64,000 nt of DNA from Epiperipatus broadwayi. Its lineage: Eukaryota > Animalia > Onychophora. Location: positions 8,060,001 through 8,124,000 of the forward strand of contig JAQFVV010000002.1 of assembly GCA_028023455.1 (NCBI GenBank), written 5' to 3'. The translations under genes were made by a program, and so were the position numbers. A model generated the notes under the pieces. The model had not been told where the DNA came from. It ran no database searches and saw only the letters and a list, made by a program, of their open reading frames with translations. This document shows positions 1 to 10,736 of the stretch, in pieces (the stretch's first letter is position 1; every line of letters begins with the position of its first letter).

Positions 1-1580
1 TCTGATCTGCTTAAATTTTGTGAGGAAATGTCTCTTCTGATATCTGTTGGAGGTATGAAAAAATAGGAAACTATTGCAAAGTATATATGAATGGCCAATA
101 TTTGTTCTGATAATCTTTAGGATATTCAAAAGTTTAGTGTGGAATTGTTTTCTCCAATCAGGGGGCATATAATTCTCCAGCAGAATATGTTAGTGTTAAG
201 AAAGCTATCTGTAAAGTGCTTCAGCAGAATCCAAGTAGTACCAGTCAATTTATCAAAATTATTTCTAGAAATCAATTTTGATATAATCTTAGATAAATGA
301 TAAAAATAAGTCAGACTACAATCCAAGTGATTTCTAAATAGCATAAGATAGGTTTGTGTTCTGATTTCCTGTGATTTCCTGATGATTAGATGAAAAATTG
401 AACATATTGCCTTTATTGGATTAGGAATAACATCCAAAATTTGGTAAAAAAGATTTCATATCTTTATAAAGAAACTTTTCTATCTTTTGAAAAGTCAGAA
501 TGATATAATGAGCATAGATGAATTTTCTGCATTCTGTATCTGGAAGATCACTGATAAATACATTAAATGAAGTAGGTGAGAGAAGTGAATTTCGGATAGG
601 CATTCTGTTAAATTATATATCTTCTATGATTTTCATTTAGTGTTATTTGAACTTTCCTAATGGAGAACATAATCAAATGAATTAAAATTTTCCTGTATAT
701 AAAACTATTAGAAGACTATTTTTACAAACAAAAAATCATAAGCTGAATTTAAACTAATAAAGGTGATACTAGTTTTTAATTTATTTTAAGTCTGAGTAGT
801 TATAACACCATTCTAATCTAAGCCTAGCCTGATTTTTTTTATTACTGCAGAGTTTATATGATGATAAAACTAATAGTTGTTTTTATGTTACATATTTGGA
901 ATAGTTTATGTGAATAATGTTACTAAATGCTTTGGTCCTATGTTTCATAAAACTGTAGAAGAATACTATTTGTTACTGGAGTTTTTTCTAGATTAAAACA
1001 ATGCAAAGCAAATTCACCAACATGTTTTATCAGATTAATTTTAGAAGCTTGTAAAAGATAATCTTGCAATTCTATTCTGTTTTTTTTTCATATCCCATCA
1101 ATCTTGGATTTAGAAGTCTAATATATAAGATTAACAACTTGATTAGCATTAAAAGCAGTATTTTTTTTTTTAGAGATTTTTTACATTCATCAATTTTTCA
1201 TAAAACTGATCAAGCTTTATAACTAGATTTTGTAAATTTTTGTTTCTCTGTGGTTTTCTTGTTTACTTTTCTGACATTACTTAGTAATTTTATAAGTTTA
1301 TTAGCAATTTTTGAATCATTGTAGCCAAAAAGTGGTCATAAAGAGTATTTCTGATGTTGTTTCAATGTGGAATGTTATCTTCAGTATCCACAAAGGATGG
1401 ATCTTCTGTCAGCAGTTATTATGAGTTTGTTAAGCCTATCATAACAAGAAAGAATTGGTGGGATTCTATTAATATTCTTTTTAAGATATCCAAAATATTA
1501 ATTCCAGTTAGCTTTCCTTAAATTCTATTTTAGAACAGGATAGCTTTCAACTACATGAATGCAGAGTCCAAGACTGTATT
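1..1580 (-). mobile_element. Degenerate non-LTR retrotransposon (LINE) ORF2 remnant, I-group (Ingi/Vingi/Nimb-like)
   Basis: Minus-strand frames give LLSPTSFNVFISDLPDTECRKFIYA (RT LSPxLFN...FIYADD region) and ISKLISRNNFDKLTGTTW (post-RT SRNNxLxKLAGTxWG motif). A KANW-like EN-RT linker occurs near 1520-1550. Many stops and frameshifts. The 600-1300 part is not recognisable, so the extent is approximate. Confidence 0.7.
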
Positions 1581-1599
1581 AGATTTGGTTTATGTTGGC

Positions 1600-1618
1600 T
1601 GTGTGTGTGTGTGTGTGT
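1600..1618. repeat. (GT)n microsatellite
   Basis: Uninterrupted tgtgtgtg run followed by a G tract. Confidence 0.9.
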
Positions 1619-2689
1619 GGGGGGGGTGATCTAATAGCAATAGTTCAGCAGGTGAATATTTTTTTTGAAATAAAATATAAATTAATAGATATTTGTTCCC
1701 CGTCTACTTGAATGGAATGTTCCTCCTTGATATTGTAAAATAAAGGCATGTTGTTTAAATTCACTCATTTCTAAAAGCCAACAATTTGCTCGATTCTCAT
1801 TTACATAACCCTATAAACTACTATGAAAATCGAAATCTATAAATATAGGAAAATCTATAGAGAGAAGATAAGGTCAATGTGAAACAAGTGTTTCCACATG
1901 AAAACTAAAATTCATTTTAATCAACCATCAAGACAGAAAATTTTGGATAGGTATGTGGGAAGGACAACTATTGGGCAAAAAAAGTATTACAATTTATTTA
2001 TAGAAAAAATCGGATAAATGTAGAAAATGTATTGAATTTATGTACTTATAAAGAGCAAGAGAGAAGTTGGTTAAATAAAAAACGTTGAGTTATGGAAAAT
2101 GAATAAAAATAGTTTGAAATTATTTAAAATAAGAAAAAATATATATTTTTAGAGAAAGCCTATTTATTGAAAAATAAAGGCTTTATGCCATCTTTAATTT
2201 TTAAAAAAAAAATACAAGAAATATAATTTTTAATATATTTTATTGCAATACGTATAAATAAATATACATTGTTAGAAAGAGCAAATATGAAAGAATGTAA
2301 TAAAGCTGATAAAATAATCATTACCTCAAAAAAAAAAAAAAAAATTAAGAAAAAAGATTTTTAACACTTTTAAACATCTTTATTTTTATATTGGTTCACA
2401 AATTCTAAATTTTGAAAGTTAAAATTGCACTTTCATAAACTGCTTCATTACATTTGTCTCAAATTGCTGAAAATATTGATATATAATGTCTTACTGGAGG
2501 TAATTTTTCTATGAAAAAATTACAAAAACAGTGCAAGTGATAACTTCTATTTTTACTAGCTGACCAGATTCTGTTCTTCCATATCAGGGTATGTGCTAGA
2601 AATATTTGTTTGTCATTCAATGCAGGGTAATTGTTAGAAATATATTTGGTTTTAGTGCAGGAATACTTTACAAGATACTATGGAAAGAG

Positions 2690-2980
2690 AACTTTAGTAA
2701 ATTGCAATGTATTACATTATTATATTATATATTAATTATTATATTATATTAGTAAAAATGGGGTGTGACCTAAAATGTGTATTCTTTTCAAATAAAGTGT
2801 ACTCAAATAAATATCAAACAGTAAGAACAGCTTATGAGATATTATGCAAAGACAACTTTAGTAAATTGTAATATATTTAAAAATATAATTAATTATTATA
2901 TTATTGGAGGAGGGGGGCCACTTAAAATATGTATTCTTTTCAAGTAAATAAACTGTACTCAAAAAATAAATATCAAACAA
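2690..2980. repeat. Diverged tandem duplication, unit ~165 bp
   Basis: actttagtaaattg at ~2691 and ~2855. Each copy is followed by tgtattcttttcaa...tgtactcaaa...aaatatcaaaca. Confidence 0.8.
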
Positions 2981-3111
2981 AAATTTCTCAAAGATATAAT
3001 GAATAAAAACTAAATAAGTCAATAAACATCAAAATAAACAAATTTATTATGAGCACTGATTATATATGTGTGTGGGAGATGATGCATATGAAGTAGATGG
3101 CTGAGAGTATA

Positions 3112-3388
3112 TGATCAAGTCTGGATGTTTATATTTGTATATCATTGAAATGTATTATCTAAAATTATATATATATTTCAATATATATTTATTTACATAA
3201 AAAAAGTAATAAAAGAGAAGTAATAAAAATAATTAAAACTAATTGAATACTGAAATAAAATTATATTTTGCCTGTGGGACTAAGAATCTGATCAAGTCTG
3301 GTTGTTTACATTTGTATATCATTGAAACGTTTTATATAAAACTACATATTTCTTTTTTTCAATATATATTTATTTATATAAAAAAAAG
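3112..3388. repeat. ~177-bp tandem repeat, left part (continues at 12724-12950 after the nested insertions)
   Basis: The unit tgatcaagt...tttgtatatcattgaaa...aatatatatttattta.ataaaaaaagtaataaaa...aaaactaattgaatac...aaattatattttgcctg starts at 3112, 3289 and 12820. Confidence 0.85.
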
Positions 3389-3707
3389 AGTAATCCTGAC
3401 TTATAGCGGTCATGACACTTCACCCTCTATTTTTAAAAAACTTAACTACATTTTTTTTTCCTACTAAGTGTATCCAACTTTAATCACTGTATGTAACTAT
3501 AAATAAACTATATCTGAGTATAAATGTTAATAAAAAAATTTAAAAAAACTTACATTTTTATGCGTACTTTTCACTTGGAATGTATATCTAGTGGTCTTTA
3601 CTGTATATATAACTATAAATAAATAAACTATATTAACTATAAATGTTTTTACATAAAAATGAATAAATAAAAAAAAATGAACTTACATTTTTATGCGTAG
3701 CTTTCAG

Positions 3708-4120
3708 CTACACAAGTGAGGAAATGCATGAAACACATTCATGCACATTTCTGAATGAAAATTCCTGCAGGTAGGATGAGAGCAAAGGTCTGCTCGTACC
3801 AAATTGGTATTTTAGCTTATGCTTTGCTCTCATCCACATATTTTCCACATTATTGTTGTGTATAAGTTCGTCATCTGGGTCAACAAAGTTGTCTTGATGG
3901 TCGATGACAGAGTGGAGATATATACCATTAGAAAGACTGCTGATATTATTATATGCATGTCAGCCATCACTGATGATATGTGTTCCAGGCAAAACATGTT
4001 GCTAGATGAATGCCTCCTGACCAGCCACTTCATGGACAATTCCATAGTTTGAAATGGTTCTAGCAGATGAGTATCCATGTTTCTGCCAGAACATCTGCAA
4101 CATCAACAATTTCATTTGGA
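3708..4120 (-). pseudogene. Merlin/ISXO2-type DDE transposase C-terminal fragment
   Basis: Manual translation: PGTHIISDG*HAYNNISSLSNGIYLHSVIDHQDNFVDPDDELIHNNNVENMWMRAKHKLKYQFGTSRPLLSSYLQEFSFRN. This matches the PGTxIxSDxWxAY...HxxxFVDP...NxxExxW...YLxEF signature, with W mutated to a stop at 3960-3962. Confidence 0.85.
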
Positions 4121-4465
4121 GGAACTATTGAAGTGATAGAAACTCTATCTGCCATTTTTTAAAAAGCAAAAATTACACGCAGCAAAAATAGTTCATAATT
4201 TTGACAGCAGGGACTTTTTTGGTGACACTTTTGCCACGTGACATATTTCTAAATAGAGGATAAAAATGTAAGTTTTATTACATTTTATTTATTAATCTTC
4301 ATGTAAAAAATACATTTATAGTTAGATAAACTTTGCAATTACATAGTGAGAATAACGTAGTTCGAAACACGGATCCTGCTTGCAGGAAATGTAAGTTCAT
4401 TTTTTTTAATTTATTCATCTTTATGTAAAAACATTTATAATTAATATAGCTTATTTATTTATAGT

Positions 4466-6225
4466 TATAACGAACCGCTTTGCCCGCGGAAGGGTCGTAT
4501 TAGTAAATTCATAAAATGGCTATGGTTAACATAAGATTTAACCTTATATATATAAATTTTTCCCTCTCTGCATGATCCCGGGCATATTTATGGATAGCGT
4601 GTTTGCTTCCAAGCGCCAAACCTATTTGCGATGAACAAATAAGAATTACACCACGGGATTCTATAGTTGCAGCATATACCCCGATAGCGACTCGATAGAT
4701 ATTTACTATCACTTAGCCTTTTCCTGTAATTTAAGGGGGGGAAGGGTGTTAACTAGCCTAGCTCATCTCAGGGGTGGTGGTCATTAGACCGTGGACGGGA
4801 ACTATGGATTCCGACACTACTTTCTTTTAACTGAAGGTGGATGGATATACATAACTAAATTTCTGTCTATCTAAAAAAAAAAATAAACGATTATAGAAAT
4901 CCCATCTTATCGATTAGATTTTCTCTGCGCAACAGGGGAATTCCCGTTTAATTTCAGATAAGTGCGCTCGCTACCCACCCTAAATTCCTCCATACCGGTT
5001 GTTCAAGGTAGAGTATATGTTTTATATTAATTATGAAAGCTTTAGCGCTATAACTATGAATCTTATTAAGATAATATAAATCAAAGAATAAAAAAAAAAG
5101 AAAATATTCACAGATATTCATAACATTAAAACAATTTATTATAAAATAAGAAGGTTAGGATTTATTTAATTGACCCGCCATTATTCATAACTCGTGCTTC
5201 ATAGAATGTCAAGCATACACACACATACGTACAGATTAAGCATTTTATTCTTTGGATCTTTATAGGCAACGCAACATATTATTAATGTTCTTTTACTAAA
5301 TTGCTTCCCTGGATTTTGTAGTTTGAAAGTTTTATTGAAACATGTTTTAAATATAGAGAATTTAATTTATTTCAAAGTTCCGATGGATGACGCAATCCGT
5401 TTAAGACTCGGATTGTGTTTTAATAGCAAATCAATAAGCAAATAATATAGTTCACGTTACCTTAACATTCCCGGGAATTTAGGCATTTCAAAGGTGTATG
5501 TCTGACGATGTCAATGGCTTTAAAACTGGACGATCTCATAGTTAGTTTCCCCGTAGCTATCATTGTTCCTTGCCGTCGATGACTGGAATTCGGCGTTCTT
5601 TAACTATCCTTTTTGCAGCACATTCGGGATCGTAGGGCAGGCCTTCATCGCCTGTCAAGTGAAAGGTTTTTACCCCACTCGATGCATGATACGTTTTCTT
5701 ATTTTTCAATCTCGCTCTCTGGACCCCTGGAAGAAGGAAAATATCCCCTATTTATTTTCTTTTATATCCCCTCTCTTCTAGTCCTTTCCACGTCCCTTTC
5801 CGTGATTCCATCCCTCGAAATTCTCCGGTTGCGTCACCCAACCGGACTATGACTACGTCATCGTGGTCGCCATTGTATTAAAACCTGCGTTTGTATTTTA
5901 GAAAGATCTCATTTTGCTTTAACTGGCCATCTACTTGAAATATATCAATCATGCACATATATATACTCGCATGCCACAAACACTCCAATAAAGCATGAGT
6001 TTTACAAAGTTTTTCCCCACTTTTAAAATTAAACCAATAACAACTAGCTACAAATAAATATACGAATAACATACTGTTAATATTGAATTATTCCCACCAC
6101 CATTTAATATTAGTATTTACAATTATTAATAACTTTATTAGTTGATAGTGTTAGTAATATCTATATCCATTTATCTTGTAACTTTTGGCGGACCATTGGC
6201 TTTCCTCAGTCCGCACCTTGTTACA
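4466..6225 (-). repeat. 3' LTR (1760 bp)
   Basis: Direct repeat of 10737-12497 with roughly two dozen differences by eye. Minus-strand ends are TGTAAC...GTTATA. Confidence 0.97.
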
Positions 6226-6240
6226 ATGCCCCCCCCGTTC
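6226..6240 (-). other. Polypurine tract
   Basis: Minus strand GAACGGGGGGGGCAT lies immediately before the TGTAAC start of the 3' LTR. Confidence 0.85.
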
Positions 6241-6276
6241 GGGAGCCTTCAAACATGCTCTATGGGTTTGACAGGC

Positions 6277-8712
6277 TTATACTTCTCTTGTACTCTCTCT
6301 GCCGGCGGGTCCCGCTGCCGGATTCCTTGGGGATTCCTCATCGGCGGGAGATCTTTGGCTTCGTGCGGGTTTCAGCGCTCGTGCATTATATGAGCCTTTA
6401 ACTCCTGACCCTGTATCTACCCAGAAAGCATTGCTTCCCTGACATTTAACAATTGGAAAAGGCCCCTCGTACAAATCGCAGAATTTCTTGCATATGTTTC
6501 TGCTTGTTTCGCTTACAGGTTGGGCACGCACCATGACCCAGTCTCCCACTTTGAATAAATGGGGGCGATTCCCTTGCCTGTTCTTTCTCCGTTGCCCCAT
6601 CTTTTGCATGGTCCGCCGTGCCCTGCTTTGGTCATTTTCCACATCTACTGGACCCTCTTCCATTCCGGGAAGGACGGTCTTAATAAGGCAAGGTATATGG
6701 CATCCGAAATGAAGCCGGAAGGGTGCTAGACCTGTTGACTCATTTACGGACCAGTTTATGAAGTTAATTATTTGAGGGGTGAGCTTGACCCATCCACGAT
6801 GGTTATCCCCGGTGTACGTGCGGAACAACCACCCCAGTTCCCTCATCACCCTCTCACAAGGGTTAGATTGAGGGTTACGAATCGAGGTTAGGCAATGTTT
6901 GATCCCTTGATTCTGTATCCACTTGCGCCATTCATTAGATGTGAATGGAGTTCCGTGATCCGATAGGAGGACACGAGGTTTTCCTACTTCGTTGAAGTAG
7001 TTGGTTTCAAGCATCTTAATCGCGAATTTGGTGTTTGCCTGGGCGATGGGATATGCTGCCACGTGTTTCGAGAACAAGTCGTACGCCACAATAAGATACC
7101 TTTTCCTTTTGAACGCGGGTAATGGTCCGTAAAAATCAATGGCTACTATTTCACGAGGACCTGTGGGGATGATAGGCACTAGGTTTGCCGCATACGCACG
7201 GTTTGTAGGCTTGGTTCTCTGGCAACTTTTACATTCCCTTACTATGGCCTTCACCGAGGTGTGGATTCCAGGCCAATAAAACCATTTCCGAATTAGGTGT
7301 TCCGTCTTTAAGGTCCCGTAATGCCCATATATCTGGTGAACATAGGCTACTAATTCATTTCTCAACCGACCCGGTACACTGGGCTTCCAGTTCTTTGTTT
7401 CTCCACACATTAGGGATTGAAGGATTCCATAGCATATGCGGTGTTTACTCGCGAGCTGAGGGTCCGTACCCCCCTCTAATCTTTGGATTAGTGGTCCCAA
7501 GTCCTTATCTTGACGTTGCCACTCACCTAACTGTGCCAATTTTTTCTCTATCTCCCTGCTCATTTGTAGGTCCATACTGGCGATGCATGCGTTTTCTGCC
7601 CTCATATGTTCTGCTTGGTGCCCCACCGGGTTCTGGCTGAGAATATCAGCTATGATATTATCCACCCCTTTACAATGATGGATAGTATAGTTGTACTCTT
7701 GGAGAAGTAAACTCCACCGGATTAGTCGACTGTTGGTAAGATAGCTATGGTTGATAAATTCTAAACTTTTGTGATCTGTCACCACTGCTACCTCTGACCC
7801 CAGCAGGAGTGGGCGGAATTTCTGGAAGGCCCAGACAATGGCTAAGGCCTCCTTCTCTGTAGCAGAATAGTTTAGCTCCGGCCCTTTTAGCAACCGGCTT
7901 ATAAAATATAACACTCCCATTTTCTCTTCCCCTTGTGTTTGTGACAGAGTCGCGCCCAGCCCGTACCCACTACTATCAGTCTGGAGTATGAACGGCTTGG
8001 CAAAGTCCGGGAATGCCAGCATGACCTGTTTGGCAAATTCTGTTTTTATGTCCTCAAATGCTTTCTCTTGCTCCTCAGCCCATTTCCACGGGATATCTTT
8101 TCTTAGCAAATGCACTAGAGGCTCAGTATGTTCGGCCATCCGTTCATGGAACCGATGGTAGAAGTTACATAGGCCCAGGAAGGAACGAACCTGTTTTCTG
8201 GACCTAGGTATAGGAAAGTCCCTGATGGCAGATATTTTGTCCGGATGGGGTTTTAGTCCTTGATGGCCCACCAAGTGCCCCAAAAAGGTCACTTCCTCTT
8301 TGACTAGGTTACTCTTTCCCAAATTGACCCTGATGCCCTTGTCTTTACATTCCTTGAAGAACATTTCAACCTCCTTCTCGTGTTCTTCCATACTACCTGA
8401 CGCTATCACGACGTCATCGACATACATCGTGGCGATTTTCTTCATATCCTCTGACAATGTCTGGTCAAGACACCGTAGCAAACCCGCCCCGCTGTTTATG
8501 AGGCCAAATGGCATCCTGTTGAATTGGTATGAATACCCATCGTACCGAAAGGCGGTGTACTGCCTGTCTTCCAGGCAAAGTTGAATCTGCCAATAGCTGG
8601 CGGTAAGGTCAAATGTTGAGAATACCTTCTTTCCCTTGAACTTTCCCAATAATTCATGCATGGGTGGGGGAATGGTACAATCGGGAATTGTTGCCCGATT
8701 CAGCTGCCGCAC
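6277..8712 (-). CDS. pol: Pol (RT, RNase H, integrase), 811-aa open stretch
   Basis: FSTFDLTASYWQI, RMPFGL and YVDD (RT); FILQTDSSGYGLGA, NYSATEKEALA and TDHKSL (RNase H); HQIYGH...CKSC zinc finger, IDFYGP, SDHGTPF, SNPCERVMR and YEGPF (integrase with GPY/F). Confidence 0.97.
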   Translation of the reverse strand: MRQLNRATIPDCTIPPPMHELLGKFKGKKVFSTFDLTASYWQIQLCLEDRQYTAFRYDGYSYQFNRMPFGLINSGAGLLRCLDQTLSEDMKKIATMYVDDVVIASGSMEEHEKEVEMFFKECKDKGIRVNLGKSNLVKEEVTFLGHLVGHQGLKPHPDKISAIRDFPIPRSRKQVRSFLGLCNFYHRFHERMAEHTEPLVHLLRKDIPWKWAEEQEKAFEDIKTEFAKQVMLAFPDFAKPFILQTDSSGYGLGATLSQTQGEEKMGVLYFISRLLKGPELNYSATEKEALAIVWAFQKFRPLLLGSEVAVVTDHKSLEFINHSYLTNSRLIRWSLLLQEYNYTIHHCKGVDNIIADILSQNPVGHQAEHMRAENACIASMDLQMSREIEKKLAQLGEWQRQDKDLGPLIQRLEGGTDPQLASKHRICYGILQSLMCGETKNWKPSVPGRLRNELVAYVHQIYGHYGTLKTEHLIRKWFYWPGIHTSVKAIVRECKSCQRTKPTNRAYAANLVPIIPTGPREIVAIDFYGPLPAFKRKRYLIVAYDLFSKHVAAYPIAQANTKFAIKMLETNYFNEVGKPRVLLSDHGTPFTSNEWRKWIQNQGIKHCLTSIRNPQSNPCERVMRELGWLFRTYTGDNHRGWVKLTPQIINFINWSVNESTGLAPFRLHFGCHIPCLIKTVLPGMEEGPVDVENDQSRARRTMQKMGQRRKNRQGNRPHLFKVGDWVMVRAQPVSETSRNICKKFCDLYEGPFPIVKCQGSNAFWVDTGSGVKGSYNARALKPARSQRSPADEESPRNPAAGPAGRESTREV

Positions 8713-8725
8713 ATCAAGACATATT

Positions 8726-9595
8726 CTAATCGCACCGTTTTTTTTTTACCACCACCAATGGGTTGCAAAATGGGGATGAGCATTTAGAAATGACGCCCCA
8801 ATCCACCATTTGCTCTATTTGTCTTCTGACCTCCTCTCGGTATTGGTGAGGGACCGGGTATGATCGTGACTGAAATGGCTGGTTCTCCCTAAGTTTGATT
8901 GTCTGCTCAAATCCCTGTATCGTTCCGGGCACCTCTGAAAACACTTCCCTGTATTTTTTTAGTATTTGCCCAAAAACCCTCGCTTTGTCTTCGCTGACCA
9001 TCCTAATCTCTCTAATTTTTTCTTCCATTATATCCTCTACTTCTTCTACCTCCTTGATCCCTATTGATCCACACCAGTTGGTTGTGAGGAACTTGACGGG
9101 TGTCCCTTTACATCTGAATTCCCCTCTGCGAAAATCCAACGTACATTGGTTTTTATGAAGGAAGTCCACCCCCACTAATGCCTCATGTATTAACCCCTTC
9201 ATGACTAGAAACACATGTGGAATCACCTCCTCACCAATCCGTAGATCCACCCAGACTTGTCTGGGTTCTATTTTCGCCCTTTTGTTGTTGGCCATCCTAA
9301 CTTGTATAGCTTTTATGGGTAGTGTCTTGATGTCTGTTTGTTTCTCCATCATCTGCCGATATATCCTTTCTGATAATACTGAAATTTGACTTCCTGAGTC
9401 AATGACCACCTCTACTTGGGTTTCTGCAATGCGTGCTTCCACTTTAGGGCATGTTTGATTGGTGTAGTTGGGGGCTCTGTCTTCCTCATCACAAACCAGG
9501 TTTCCCACCCATCTATCTTCCACGCTCTTATGTTCCTTCTCTTCCATCTCTCTTCGCCACTGGCTGCACACTATTTGTTCAAGTGCCCAGTCCAC
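8726..9595 (-). CDS. Gag C-terminus / aspartic protease / RT N-terminus; separated from the rest of pol by a frameshift in an A10 run
   Basis: VIDSGSQISVL (protease), LVGVDFL and SPFCNPLVVVKK. Removing one A at 8738-8747 gives VKKNGAIRICLDVRQLN, in frame with the 811-aa ORF. Confidence 0.92.
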   Translation of the reverse strand: MDWALEQIVCSQWRREMEEKEHKSVEDRWVGNLVCDEEDRAPNYTNQTCPKVEARIAETQVEVVIDSGSQISVLSERIYRQMMEKQTDIKTLPIKAIQVRMANNKRAKIEPRQVWVDLRIGEEVIPHVFLVMKGLIHEALVGVDFLHKNQCTLDFRRGEFRCKGTPVKFLTTNWCGSIGIKEVEEVEDIMEEKIREIRMVSEDKARVFGQILKKYREVFSEVPGTIQGFEQTIKLRENQPFQSRSYPVPHQYREEVRRQIEQMVDWGVISKCSSPFCNPLVVVKKKRCD

Positions 9596-9627
9596 ATCTC
9601 GAGCTAGCCCCCTTTTGGCGGTCCTGG

Positions 9628-10062
9628 CTATGGGGCTACATCAGGTGGCACATTCCTACACACTATACCCACGATCTGTCCTTCTGACAGTTTTAGCATC
9701 TCCAATTCTCGCAGTCGAGCCACTTGTCGCCTGAAGAAGTATATATACTCATCGTGTGGCTCCCCGAATGTCTGTCTACTTATTTCGTTGAATATATATT
9801 CTTGGATTTCTATATTCCAAAAAGCTTGTTTGAGAGCTCTTTCGTACCCCTCAAAGGCTCCCGGTTGCTCACTCAATGCCTCCCACCATCTTTGGGCATG
9901 TTCCTGTAGGTGGCTTGCTGCAATTATCACTTTGTCCTCTTCCTCTGCGGGGTACCTGCAGAAATATCTTTTTAGACTGCGGATATGTTCCCCGGGGGAT
10001 TCCCACATCTTCCCCGAAAATCTCTGAACCCTAATTGCCTCATTACTTATATTATTCTCCAT
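9628..10062 (-). CDS. gag: Gag (retrotransposon capsid-like domain), frameshifted at a C4 run
   Basis: Lies between the PBS and the protease. RFSG...HAQRWW...ALKQAFW...Q pattern. Adding one C at gcccc joins it to the protease frame (VAPIARTAKRG...). Confidence 0.8.
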   Translation of the reverse strand: MENNISNEAIRVQRFSGKMWESPGEHIRSLKRYFCRYPAEEEDKVIIAASHLQEHAQRWWEALSEQPGAFEGYERALKQAFWNIEIQEYIFNEISRQTFGEPHDEYIYFFRRQVARLRELEMLKLSEGQIVGIVCRNVPPDVAP

Positions 10063-10713
10063 TACTGTTTATCAATCTCTCTTCACCTGACTGGCTTTGA
10101 TTACCCTGCCCCCATCCAGTGCTGTTACATATTCGTATTTCCCATTCATAAGCTTTGAAATCTCCAATTTATGGCTTTACCATCGCACCTCCAATCGAAA
10201 GAAGAGAAAAGAAAAGATATTTATAGTTGCGCACGAGTTCGCGTATAGTTTATACGTCTCTATTATCATTACACGTTGCCCAATTACCCTCTCTTCCACC
10301 ATCGATCTATGCTGACTTTCTTCTAAATTCGACTAAACGCTCTATTTAGACCTCTGAAAACCATTAGGGTTAACAGTAGTTTTTATTAATAACTCAGATA
10401 ACGTATAAAAATATATATATATCCATTTCCAGCGTATTAATACGGCTCATTGTTATTGCTCTAACATATATATTCCAGTCGTCTTTTTTTTTCTTTTTCC
10501 TTCTTTTTTTTCTTAACAATAAAAAAAAAAATTTACACGGAAAAAAAAAAAAATTTAAATCGTTCGCCGTTTTTCCTTTCTCTACCCTCATAAACTGCGT
10601 GAAAGTATCGGATTTTTGTTTACTATACCGACTTCGTGTCAAATCCACTGGTCGTTGCGCCCTCTTTTATTTAAACCTTCTACTATATTCCTATTCCCCA
10701 TCGCTCTCCAGAG

Positions 10714-10734
10714 GCCCCACAGTTGCGGCGTCCA
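10714..10734 (-). other. Primer-binding site, tRNA-Lys(CUU)-complementary with three single-nt insertions
   Basis: Minus strand TGG-A-CGCC-G-CAAC-T-GTGGGGC, starting 2 nt after the 5' LTR. Removing the three bases gives TGGCGCCCAACGTGGGGC. Confidence 0.85.
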
Positions 10735-10736
10735 GT

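Noticed and set aside
4509-6072. Short ORFs repeated in both LTRs
   Set aside because: They are 64-82 aa with no ATG context or motifs. They recur only because the LTRs are near-identical, and some differ in length between copies.
8735-8750. A AAA AAC as a programmed -1 frameshift site in pol
   Set aside because: With 10 A's the downstream frame needs +1 (or -2), not -1. The site also lies inside RT rather than at the gag-pol junction. A homopolymer slip is simpler.
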